Source: Camelus ferus (lineage: Eukaryota). Taken from it: a stretch of DNA of 64,000 nt. The position numbers and the translations under genes were made by a program. The stretch covers positions 110,796,001 through 110,860,000 of the forward strand of contig NC_045697.1 of the NCBI RefSeq assembly GCF_009834535.1, in the 5' to 3' direction. This document shows, piece after piece, positions 38,993-50,417 of this stretch; position 1 is the stretch's first letter; each line of letters opens with the position of its first letter. The notes beneath the pieces are model-generated. The model did not search any database and had not been told where the DNA came from. It saw nothing but the letters and a program-made list of their open reading frames with translations.

Positions 38993-40080
38993 TCAAAAAA
39001 TAAAAGAGGAAAAAATGCTTTCAACAGAATATTTTAAAGTTTTAAAGGTTACATTAATCAAAAAGATTACCTTAAAGACTAGAAATGAACTTACAACTAT
39101 GAATAGATTTGCAGCTCTAAAAAACAGTTAAAGTAGGCAGTTTTTATTGGCATTTATAAAATAAAAATTTCAACTTCATTCATTTATTCAAAACATACTT
39201 ATCAAGTGTGAATGGTATGTCAAGCTAAGCAGTGTGTTTCCTCTGAGAAAAGTCATCCAAAGGTTCTTCAAAATAACAGTCATGGAGATTTAAATTAGAT
39301 TTTGGACTGGAAAGCTTTTATTTGCAAAACTTCATCAAACAAAATCAAGAATATTCATAAATGGAAGAATTTGCTAACTATATGTTTTTCCATAAAAAAT
39401 TTGGAACTATAATTCCATCTATACCAGAAGATTAGATTTTACTATGAGAAGACTAATAAAGAATGCTAACCTAGCTATATAGCAATGAGTTAACAATTGT
39501 TCTGATTACTTTTACAGAGAGCATTGAGTTTTTTACTTGAATATTAAAGTATAAAACACTGAAATTCCAATTTAGAATTTCGTATGTTTATCCTGAAATG
39601 CAACATGTTAGTATTTTTACATAATCAAAAGAAATCAAATTAATCACTATAGTACTGATTGAGTTTTTAAAACAGATCCCCTTTCACAGCCAAAACACGT
39701 GATTTATAAAAAGCACTATAAAAGAGATTCTGATGTGCACCAAGTTTAGCTCTATGGGCCCTAGTTATGGACTCTCTGTATGTCTCATAGGGTTGACCTT
39801 TAAGATGAACTTGTCCTCTCCAGTGCGGTTTATCACTGACAAATCAGTCTGCTGTCAGTTAATTTTCATTTTCATATACACATTCAGAAACAACCAAGGA
39901 CAATCATACAAATTCTTGAAAATTAAGAGTGGCTTTTTACTCATTAAAAAGTTGGAGATCTAAAACCAGTGAATTCATAGGCATTATTTTAACCTAGTGA
40001 TTTTCTTGGAGGGTTGGGCTAAATGAAACTACAGAAGCAAAGAGAAGAAATGTGGTTTCCTTTCCCATCTTCTCATGTAC

Positions 40081-40163
40081 CAGTCTCATCACTCAAAGTC
40101 ATCTGCGTATTCAGAACTCCTTTGTCTGGCCGAGCGAGCTGTAATTGCTTTTATTAGCTCATC
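40081..40163 (-). pseudogene. MAP9: MAP9 exon 3 with broken acceptor and 2-nt deletion
   Basis: Reads DELIKAITARSARQRSSEYADDF then GAG TGA TGA, where GAC AGT GAT GAG (DSDE) is expected. The bases before GAT are AA, not AG. Donor GTACAT. Confidence 0.88.
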
Positions 40164-40886
40164 TTGAAATGAGATAATTAAAATCAATTTCCCTTCAGAT
40201 ATGGAGGTCTCATATTTAATTCTTGAAACAAATAATGCTTGATTAATATCTGCTTTAAAGCTTAGGTTTCATTCATCTAGCAAATATTCACTGAAAGCCT
40301 ACCTTATTCCGTGCACCCAATCCCTCAGACTCAACGCAGAACATCACAGACATGATCCCTCCCTCATGGCGCTTACAGTTAAATTAAAGGAGACCGACAA
40401 TACCAAGTAAATTCATTGAGAAGCTCAGTTCCGACAGAGTTCATCATAAACTGGCATTTTGGGAGAAAATGGTATTCTTTATGATCTTTTGTTTCAACTG
40501 TTTTTGTTAGCAGATATAATCAATACTACAAATTTAGAGGCGGAGTTCAACACTGTAGAGACTGGACAGAAAAAGCTTAAATATTACTATGCTATACCAG
40601 AAAAAAAGATTTTTAAATTAATATGAAAATAGCAATTTGAAGTTGTTATTCAACTTTTAAAAGCTAATTTAACTTGTAATTTAGTAAGATCCCAGTATTG
40701 ATAGTCTTAAAGCCACACAGAAGAGTCGGTAATCCTGGAACCCAAATACAGTCAACTGCAGAATCTCAAAAGAAATGTGAGATTTACTCCAGCTTTACAT
40801 AGGGCAGCTCTGGAATCACTTTCAAGTCCAAAATTCCTAGCACAGTGTTTACCTTGTAAAACCATTCAAAATAAAAACCACTTTAC

Positions 40887-41040
40887 CTGGAAAGTAGTCC
40901 TTTTGATGACTTTTGGACTCTTTGTATATGCCAAAGGTGTGCTAAAAACTTCATCAGACAGTGTGTATTTCTTTGTTTTAATTCTCTACCTTTATAAAAT
41001 GGCTAACAAATGATAGGACTATTTCGTACTCCGATGGTGG
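40887..41040 (-). pseudogene. MAP9: MAP9 exon 2 (first coding exon); start codon reads CTG
   Basis: 40961-40887 reads CTG then SDEVFSTPLAYTKSPKVIKRTTFQ (human as recalled: MSDEVFSTTLAYTKSPKVTKRTTFQ). Donor CAG|GTAAAG; candidate acceptor tttcag ending at 41041. Confidence 0.88.
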
Positions 41041-42025
41041 CTGAAATATATAAAAACAAATCAGATTTTTTGCATGCTTGAGAATTTCTATTACTACATT
41101 TATTGCTCCATCCCCTTTTCAAAAAAAAAGAAAAAGAAAAGCATCATATGAACACTGAACTACATCTTCACTTAAAAATGTAGAGTTCTTGTAAAGAAAT
41201 AGCAAATTCTACTAAAAACTTTGCTTAAAAAAATTCAAATTGAACTTGTCCTAAAATAGTTTTACAATTAAGGATGAACAAATAAATGAGTGCAATAGAT
41301 TGTTACCAGTTAAGACAGAAACTTCCTCTGTTCCATTCAAAAAGGATAATATTGCCTACAAAACAGTCATACTTATTTAAATGGCTACCAAGACGACTGT
41401 TGTCAGCAGAAAGTATATAACTAAGACCAATCACCACTAAAAGCAAGGGGGAAAAAAAAAAGCTTGCGCACAGCGCTAGGAAAGAAAAAGATTATAAATA
41501 GGGATATTCTTCCAGTCACTCTTCCCTCTCACAAGAGCGTTGATAATACTAGATGAAACAAAACGAGGCTTCCGCGATGGGCTGCATTAAAGTCCCTGTA
41601 CAAACGGTCCCGTGAACGTTTCCAGTGCTGGAGACCGAGCCCAGAGCCCGGGCCCCGCCGCCCGCCGCCCGCCGCCCGCCGCAGCGCGCGCTGGGACCGC
41701 TCCAGCCCGACCAGGTGGCGCCGGGTCCCCGCCTGCCCCGCCCGCCCCGCCCCGCCCCGCACGGCGGGCCGAGCGCCCTGCACCACCCAGGCGGATGCAC
41801 AGCCGAGGGCCGCCGACGCTCCGATTCTCTGCGACGCCCAAGTCCCCAGTTGTATTCACCCCGCATTCCCGCGGACAGCTCCCCACGGCTTGAGAACCCA
41901 GCGGCGGGCTTCGGGCAGGAGCCCGTCGCCTGGGCCTGCGCTTGGCTGCTCTCGGAGACCGCGCTTGCAGGCGGGAGGTTGCGGGGATGGGAGGGGGACG
42001 GGACGAAGAACAGAGGTGGGAGGCG

Positions 42026-42038
42026 GTTGCTAGGAAAC
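42026..42038. promoter_or_regulatory. RFX X-box motif
   Basis: GTTGCTAGGAAAC, an imperfect palindrome fitting the X-box consensus. Confidence 0.65.
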
Positions 42039-42204
42039 AGCGTCTCCGGGAGGAAGTGAACTTCCCTGCCACCAGGTCTCTCGGGCACCTAACACCGCCC
42101 TACAGCCCGACTAGTCACTGGGGCAACCGCCCAGACTAAGGAAATGATATCAGCCCTCTGGGTCTGGGGAGAGCGATGCTTTATTCGTGGCCTGTGTTTT
42201 AGTC

Positions 42205-42218
42205 GTTGCCTGGGAAAC
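42205..42218. promoter_or_regulatory. RFX X-box motif
   Basis: GTTGCCTGGGAAAC, fitting the X-box consensus. Confidence 0.65.
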
Positions 42219-42389
42219 AGGACCTGCCAGCTCCCACCCCGGCGCTGAGAGCTGGCGCCGGCCAGTGGCTTGACGGTCTTCATCCGCGCTGCTGTAAAAA
42301 CCAAAGCACATCCATCCTTTTGTCACAGGACATGAAGTTCTCTGAATCGGAGTGTGTACTGAAGGAATAGTGCACTGACAGATGGGATA

Positions 42390-42620
42390 GAATAGCACAG
42401 TAGTGATGTTTGCAGGCTCGGGAGTCAAACTGCTTATTTGAATCCTAGCGCCCCTCCCTCTATCCGTGTGATGTCGTGCAAGTTGATGTGCAAGTTAATG
42501 TCTGTATACCCCAGTTTCTTCCTCTGTTAAAAAAAAAATAGCGTTTCTGTGAGTATTGAATGAAATCATACAGATGATTAATTGGAAGAGTGCCTAGGAT
42601 TGCAGTCAGTCAATGTTAGA
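42390..42620 (+). mobile_element. MIR
   Basis: ggagtcaaactgcttatttgaatcctagc...cccagtttcttcctctgttaaa. Confidence 0.7.
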
Positions 42621-42886
42621 GAAGTTCTTTTTGATACTCAGCCACAAAGGACCTGGACAGAAGTCATCCCTTGTCGACACAGCGAAAACCCATTCCTAGC
42701 GTTTCTTTAATGTAAAGTTTCCCCTTTTTTTCAGTGGAAAGTCTGGCTAAAATCAAAGCAGTCAACAAAATGATCTAGTAGGCAGAGGACTCTGTGTTGC
42801 TAAAGTAACCAAAATCAGCACCACTTAACTAGCATAGGTAATCCTTAAACAAAAGACAAAAATACTTCTTTAAAGACTCTAAGATA

Positions 42887-43020
42887 GCGAGAGGGGAATA
42901 TAGCTCAGTGGTAGGGCACATGCATAGCACTGGTGAGGTCCTGGGTTCAATCCCCAGTACCCCCATTAAAAAAATAAACAAATGAATAAATAAACCAAAT
43001 TATCTCCTCTCCAAAAAATA
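42887..43020 (+). mobile_element. tRNA-derived SINE, camelid Vic-1-like
   Basis: A box TAGCTCAGTGG and B box GGTTCAATCCC, followed by an A-rich AATAAA segment, a ccaaattatctcctctcc segment and an A tail. Confidence 0.85.
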
Positions 43021-44294
43021 ACAAGGACTTCTACTATTTCGAATTTAAAAGAAGCTTAAGCCTAGTTAAATTGTCTGAATGAATTTATTTTTTTATTGAC
43101 CAGTAATTAAATTTGTTAACAATATTTTTTCCTTATCTCTGAAATTTATTTTCAGTTCAACGATTATTTATAAACAAATCACATTGAGATATATGTTTAA
43201 TAAATCAACATATTGAAAAACTAAATGTATATAACAAGAAATAAGAAATTTAGTAAAAAAATATACTTTTAACAATATGTGCAATGCAACTTTTTAAATG
43301 CTGTGTTCAGTTTATTCTCAACTTGTCCTTGTTTGAAAAACTCAGTTTGATCAACATTTGTTTCATGTTGATGTTTTCAAACATTTTTAAGTAAGACTCT
43401 GCATAAGAAAAAGATTTTTCATTCACCACTTACCATTAACTTTCTGACCAGTATAAATTACTACTCAACAAATATGATTCCATCATAGTACTAGTGTTCA
43501 CCATGAGAGGACAGTATCCACATTTTCCTTATATGTGCAATACTAATTTACTCCTGTTGAAATATTTATATTCATTCAAAAATCTCAACTGTCTTCATTT
43601 TTTCCATCCATTTGGCTAATACAGTTTTCACTTAGATATGGTTTAAGAAAATAAAATGCAAAAAAATTAATAAAAAGAGCCTTTAAGGAAGGAGTCTACA
43701 TTTTATAGAACCCATTAGATTTATATTTTCAAGGTAATTCAAAAGAATTTTACAGTATGTCAAAGCTATGCCATACATAGTTACAGTGAAGACAGCTGGC
43801 TCTTTTCTCCACAACCCTAAAGCACAATGCCTTTCCACAGATATCTTAAGCAGCAGAATATTATGCACTTTCTTAATATTTTCAGGTAGCTTCAGTAGAA
43901 TATATTAGTAGTATATAAAATCTGAATTAATAGTATAATGTTATCTAATGTATAGTTTGCAATAAACAATTATTGAATGAATGAACTCAAGAATAAACAA
44001 ACATCATTTTAAACCAAAAAATAATTTTTGAAACGTTCCTTAAAAAGCTCACAGATCTTCAGAAAATGAAAACACTTCAACACAAAATTTCAGTAGTGTA
44101 TGTAACATTTTCACTCTATTTCATTTTTCTGAAATATATTTGATTACAGAAGTATTTACCTAGCAAACATTTTTTAAGTTTAATAATCTTTTCACTTCTG
44201 AACATCATTCATTCATTGGATAAGTAAGTATACCCATATCAATAACATTCTAGGTCAGATTTGGTGAGTTCTAAGGTGAAATAGACTTGTTCCC

Positions 44295-45652
44295 CACACA
44301 AAAACTGTTAGAACTGATAAATGAATTCAGCAAGGTACCAGGATACAAGATTAATATGCACAAATATGTTGCATTTCTTTACACTAACAATGGAATATCA
44401 GAAAGAGAAAGTAAAAAGAAAATCTTGTTTAAAATTGTGTAAGAAAAATACCTAGGAATAAACCTAATCACAGAGGTAAAAGATGTGCTGAGAACAATAA
44501 AACATCAATAAAGGAAATCAAAAAGATTCTAGGAAATGGAAAGACAGCCTACCTTCTTGGACTGAAAGAATTAATATAGTTGAAATGGCCATATTACCCA
44601 AAGCAATCTACAGAGTTGATGTAATCTCTATCAAATTACTCAGACATTTTTCACAGAACTAGGACAAATAATCCTAAAAGTTATATGGATCCACAAAAGA
44701 CCAAGAATTGCCAAAGCAGTCCTGAGGAAAAAAAGAAGGCTGAAGGCATAACCCTTTGAGACTTCAGACAACACTACAAAGCTATAGTAATCAAAACAGT
44801 GTGGTATCAGCACAAAAACAGACATATAGAATAATCGAATTCAATAGAGTCCAGAAATAATCCTACACAGCTACTGAACCTTCAACAAAGGAGGCAAGAA
44901 TATACAATGGAGGAAAAAAAAATCTTTTCAGCAAGTGGTGCTGGGAAAGCTGGACAGCTGCATGTAAATCAATGAGGTCAGAACACTCCCTCAGACAATA
45001 CACACAAGCAAATTCAAAATTCCTTAAAGACTTAAATATGAGACATGACACCATAAAGCTCTTAGAAAAGAATAAGGACAAAACATTCTCTGACATAAGG
45101 GTAGCAATGTTTTCTTGGGTCAGTGTCCCAAATCAAAAGAAATAAAAGCAAAACTATACTAATGGGATCTATTCAAACTTAGTAGCTTTTGCAGAGCAAA
45201 GGAAACCATAAATAAAGTAGAGACAGTCTACAAACTAAGAGAGAATATTTACAAATGATGCAACTGACAAAGGCTTAATTTCCAAAATACACATACAGTT
45301 CATACAACTCAATATCAAAAAACCCAACAACCCAATCAGAAAATGGGCAGAAGACCTAAATAGACATTTCTCCAAAGAAGACATACAGATGGCCAACAGG
45401 CACATGAAAAAGGATAAATTAGGAGTATAGGATAACAGATACACACTGCCATATATAAAATAGATAAATAACAAAAATTTGTTTTATAGTACAGGGAACT
45501 ATATTCAATATGTTGTAGTAACTTATAATGGAAAATAATCAAAAATAATATAATATTATATATATAATATATATGTATATAACTAAGTAACTTTGTTGTA
45601 CACCTGAAACTAACACAACATTGTAAGTCAACTATACTCCAGTTTTAAAAAA
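44295..45652 (+). mobile_element. LINE-1 fragment (distal ORF2 plus 3' UTR) with an internal deletion near 45412
   Basis: Starts aaaactgttagaactgataaatgaattcagcaagg (ORF2) and ends ttgtaagtcaactatactccagttttaaaaa. Confidence 0.92.
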
Positions 45653-46315
45653 GCCAGACCGAAAAACAAAACAAAACAAAATGAAATAAAAAACATCTGT
45701 GGGATGAAATAATTATATATATTTATATATAATTACACACACATGGTCTGATACATGAATAGATTATCTCTAGAGGAACATAAATAAAATAGGAAAGAAT
45801 AAAAAAAATCACCATCCTAGTTGTTCTTTGCCAGACAATGTAATTTGATTTTGTCCTTCGAGAGTTGTGTGTAAAGGTGAACAGAATAACCTAGATGTGG
45901 TTCAATGTGTGCAAAGGAATAATCCCTTTTTAAGGTCTGAACAATGCAGACACAGTCTGAGCTTACGTTAAAATTTTTCTAGGAGATGGGTTTCACTTTT
46001 GGTTCATGTTGTGGACTTCTAATCAACCAAAGTTTTGTGATTTTTCTAGGTGTCATATGATTCAACAAATTCTTTGAACCTAAATGTTGAATTTGCTATT
46101 TTAATTTGTTAAATATCATCATCTGGTTTGGGGCATCACTTTTCAGTGTTTTAAACTAAAGAAAATTTTGAGTTTTATTTTGTCATCCAGCAGATCATTT
46201 TCAATTTTTGTTTTATCCTTAAACTTAACAAGTATATGTACATGGCATGTTTCTATACAAGTCATTGCTAAAAAAAATAATTAGGATATTTAATTTATCT
46301 ACATTCATGGATGAC

Positions 46316-47792
46316 ATTTTTGTTATTGAGGTATAGTCAGTTTACAATGTTGTATCAGTTTCTGGTGCACAACACAATGCCTCAGTCACACATGAATCTA
46401 CATATATTCATTTTCATATTCTTTTTCACCATAAGCTACTACAAGATATTGAATATAGTTCCCTGTGCTATACAGTATAAACTTGTTTATCTATTTTATA
46501 TATACCAGTCAGAATCTGCAAATCTCAAACTCCCAGTTTATCCTTTCCCACCCACTTCATCCCTGGTAAACATAAGTTTGTTTTCTATGTCTATGAGTCT
46601 GTTTCTGCTTTATATATAAGTACATTTCTTTTTTCTTCTCTTTTTTTTTTTTTAGATTCCACAGATGAGTGATATCATATGATATTTTTCTTTCTCTTTC
46701 TGGCTTACTTCACTTAGAATGATGATCTCTAGGTCCATCCATCTTGCTGCAAATGGCAGTATTTTATCATTTTATGGCTGAGTAGCATTCCACTGTATAA
46801 ATATACCATCACTTCTTTATCTAGTTATCCTTTGATGAACATTTAGGTTGGTTCCATGTCTTGGCTATTGTATATAGTGCTGCTATGAACATTGAGGTGT
46901 AGGTATCTTTTTGAATTAAGGTTCCCTCTGGATATATGCCCAGGAGTGGGATTGCTGGATCATATGATAAGTCTATTTTTAGTTTTTTGAGGAATCTCCA
47001 TACTGTTTTCCATAATGGCTGCACCAAACTACATTCCCATCAACAGTGTAGGAGGCTTCCCTTTTCTCCACACCCTCTCCAGCATTTATTGTTCATGGAC
47101 TTTTGAATGATGGCCATTTTGTCTGGTGTGAGGTGACACCTCATTGTAGTTTTGATTTGAATTTCTCTGATAATTAGTGATACTGAGCATTTTTTCATGT
47201 GCTTATTGGCCATTTGTTTGTCTTCATTGGAGAATTGCTTATTTAGGTCTTCTGCCCATTTTTAGATTGGGGTTTGTTTGTTCGTTTGTTATTAAGTTGT
47301 ATGAGCTGTTTATGTATTCTGGAAATTAAGCCTTTGTCAGTCTCATCGCTTGCAAATATTTTCTCCCGTTCCAGAGGTTGTCATTTTCTTTTGCTCATGG
47401 TTTCCTTTGCTGTGCACAAGCTCGTAAGTTTAATTAGGTCCCATTTGCTAATGAGGACCTTTTGTGCTCATTTCACTCAGTTCTCTCGGTCAAGGCCTGC
47501 TTTGCACAGATCTGAGCTTCAGAGGTTCCCCCTCTGTCCCTGCTGACCTCTCAGCTGGAGAGGGAGCCCCAGCATGAGAGTGTTATTTGTCTTTTGCTGT
47601 TCTCTCCTCACAGAACCAGTCCCCCAGTAATTTCCTTTTTTCTTCTTCTACATTTTTATTGTCCGCAATGTTCTGTCAAAGTTCAGCAGGTGTTCTGAGT
47701 GAATGGGTGGGTCCGTGTATGTCTCTCTTGGTGTATTCATGGGAGAGGCTGAACTAAGAGTGTCCATCTACTCCGCCGTCTTGGCCACCTTC
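46316..47792 (-). mobile_element. LINE-1: about 340 bp of the extreme 5' UTR fused to about 1.1 kb of 3' end
   Basis: ORF2 C-terminal peptide [20 protein letters not shown]. Switch to 5' UTR sequence near 47448. 5' terminus aggtggccaagacggcggag. Confidence 0.88.
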
Positions 47793-47794
47793 TC

Positions 47795-50412
47795 CATTAC
47801 TGTATCTATTTACTTTAAACTGATAGTTATATAAGTTCAAACACATCCTAAAAAGAATGATAAAATGAAAAAGAAAAAGTCTATATTTTCTTGCTCCCCT
47901 CTCCCACCTTACATGGTTCTGATATCCTTTTTTACGTCTTCATTATTTTATGGCAACTGTAGCTATTGTATTTCCAATTATGGTTTTCCCCTTTCCATAG
48001 CATCCTGCTTCTTTTCTATTTAGAACAGACTTTTCAAATTTCTTTTAGCATAAGTTTAGTATTGCTAAATTCTTTTAGTTGTTGCTTGTCTGTGAAATTC
48101 TTTATCTCTCCTATTCTAACGAACAGTCTTGCTGGATAGAGTGTCCTAGGTTGCAGCTTTTTCTCATTCAGGACTTTGAATATATCTTGCCACTCCTTTC
48201 TGGCCTGCAATGTTTGTGTTGAAAAATCAACTGAAAGCCTTATGGGGGTTCCCTTGTAACTATTTGCTTTTCTCTTGCTGCCTTTAGAATCATGTCTTTA
48301 TCTTTAACCTTGGCCATCTTAATTATAACGTCTTGGTATAGGTCTATTTGTGTTCTTGTTTGGGACCCTCTGTGGTTTCTGTACTTGGATATCTGGTTCC
48401 GTCTTTAGATTTGGGAAGTTTTCAGTCATGGTTTCTTCAAATATCTTTTCAATTCCCTTTTCTCCTTCTTCTCCTTCTGAGGCCCCTATTATGCATAGGT
48501 TGGCATGCTTTATATTATCCCATAGGTCCTTTATATTGCTTTCATTAGGTTTCACTTGCTTTTCTGTCTCTTGTTCTGATTGTATGATTTCTGTTTTCCT
48601 GCCTTCTAAGTTACTTATTCATCCCTCTGCATTATTGTGTATGCTTTTTACTGACTTTAGATCGCCTCTTATCTCAGTCATTGAGTTTTCTATTTATAAT
48701 TTGTTCCTCTTTATATTTTCTGTTTCCTTTTTACAGTATCCTGCATGTTTATTCATAGTCTCTCTTATTTTCTTCATCCTTTTATCATCCCTTTTGATTT
48801 CTTGATCTAATAGACTGTTAAGTTCTATTTCATTGATTGTTGTTTCAGGGGACATCTCTTGTTGTTTTATTTGGGAGTAGTTCCTCTGCTTCTTTATGTC
48901 ACTTATATCTCTCTGGCTCTCTGGATTAAGGAGTATCAGTTTGCTACTGTGGTCTTGAAGAGCTGTTTTTTAAGAGAATGCATTACTGTGTAGACAGTAT
49001 GCATCTAATAATTTTCTCATGAGGTCTGTTTGTAGTACAGATGGTTGCCATGTCTTTTTTCCATGTGTGTTGGCTGTTATAGCTTTGATTAGGGGTGCAG
49101 CCAGTGTTGTGGTGATCAGAACCTGCCCTGGTTGTTGAGCAGGGCCTTCTTTTAGCACTGTGGTTGGCACAGCCCTCTCAGGGGCTGTTCCACTTTTGCT
49201 GGAATGGAGGCTTCCAGATGTGTTTCTGACCTGCAGCGTGCTGTAGGCGGGGTTGGAGCACTTCAGGTACCCTTTGTTGATGCTGCCCTTGTCCCTGCTT
49301 TAATCGCAAGAATGTCAGTACTCTGCTCTGATGTCTCCCAAGTTCTGTGCCCTCAGAGCTACCAGTTCAGATCCACCAATGTCAGGCACCAAGGTCCACT
49401 ATAGTGTTTATGCAATCAGACACCTGAATCCATGGTGCACTGCTTGGTCAGTGCCATCCCCAGACCTCATCCATGTATAGTACGTATATCTGCTGAAAAC
49501 TCTGCACCTGCACTTGCCCCTGCTGTGTTCCAGAACTCCACTCCTTGCTCATTTTTTCTTAGAGGTGTGGGTCCATAAAGGCACCTGTTCAACAAATTGG
49601 TCCCCTCTGCTTGGGGCTGTAAACAAATCTCAGTCCCACCTGTGAAGTTGCAGAGCCCCTGGGTATGGATTCAGGGTTCAACCTCGCCTCTGCCTGGGAT
49701 TGATGCACCAGCAAATATGATGGCTATAGCTGAGTCCTGCCTCTCTTCTCGGGAGAGTGCACCAGCAATGGTGCCATGGGCCTGTGGAGACAATGGCTAT
49801 GGCCCAGATGCTTTGGGCACCTTCCCCCAATGAGCACCAACAGTGCATTTTTTTATGGAGGACCATGCTGTTCTATTCTGTATACACTACCAGCCACAGC
49901 CCACAGCACACTGCAGTCCCTTGAGGCTGCCTCTGCACAGTCAGCCCCAGCCCTCTGCCTGGGCTCAGGCAGCCCGTCCTGGCCCACCCCTGATGGCTTG
50001 TGCCCAGGGCTTGGGATTGCAGGGGCCCTTTGTGCTGGTTTCTCTCAGTTCTATCAGCCAAGCGGCTGCCATGCACTCCTCCAAGCCTCGGAGGTTCCCC
50101 CTCCATCCCCACTGACCTCTCTGTTGGAGAAGGGGTGTCCCAGTGTAGGAGTGCTATTCCTCCTTTGCTGCTCCCTCCCCGTGGATCAGGTCCCACACTG
50201 ATTTCCTTTTTCTTCTTCTTCTTCTTCTTTTTTTTTTTTTTTTTTTGGCCCTCCTACCAGATTTTTGAGGAATCTTGTCTTTTAAAGTAGGCAATGTTCT
50301 GTCAAAGTTCAGCAGGTGTTCTGGGTGAATGGGTGAGTCCATGTATGTCTCTCTTGGTGAATTCATGGGAGAGGGTGAGCTAAGAGTGTTCTACTCCACC
50401 ATCTTGGCCCTC
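47795..50412 (-). mobile_element. LINE-1 5' half (5' UTR, ORF1, inter-ORF)
   Basis: ORF1 peptide NIKDLWDNIKHANLCIIGASEGEEGEKGIEKIFEETMTENFPNL. 5' UTR homologous to 26960-28490. 5' terminus ggccaagatggtggag. Confidence 0.92.
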
Positions 50413-50417
50413 TATAC

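Larger units (their letters stand above)
38672..42050 (-). pseudogene. MAP9: MAP9 (ASAP) 5' fragment, exons 1-4; intron-containing and apparently disabled and truncated
   Basis: Three exons encoding the MAP9 N-terminus lie in the correct order behind a CpG island. They carry a lost ATG, two damaged acceptors and a frameshift; no later exons were recognised. Confidence 0.8.
41560..42300. promoter_or_regulatory. CpG-island promoter and non-coding exon 1 of the MAP9 copy
   Basis: Abrupt GC- and CpG-rich segment in AT-rich DNA. Tandem GC boxes (ccccgccccgcccc, about 41735-41760), ETS-like AGGAAGTG at 42051-42058, and a candidate minus-strand donor GGG|GTGAAT near 41858. Confidence 0.85.

Noticed and set aside
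41529..42428. Several overlapping 65-179 aa ORFs
   Set aside because: Pro/Arg/Gly/Ala-rich products on both strands are expected from stop-poor CpG-island DNA; no recognisable protein.
42893..42965. tRNA gene
   Set aside because: Stems are degenerate, there is no T-run terminator, and a SINE tail follows.
43080..46300. Possible old hAT transposon pieces flanking the plus-strand L1
   Set aside because: The AT-rich sequence is suggestive, but I could not identify termini or a transposase frame.
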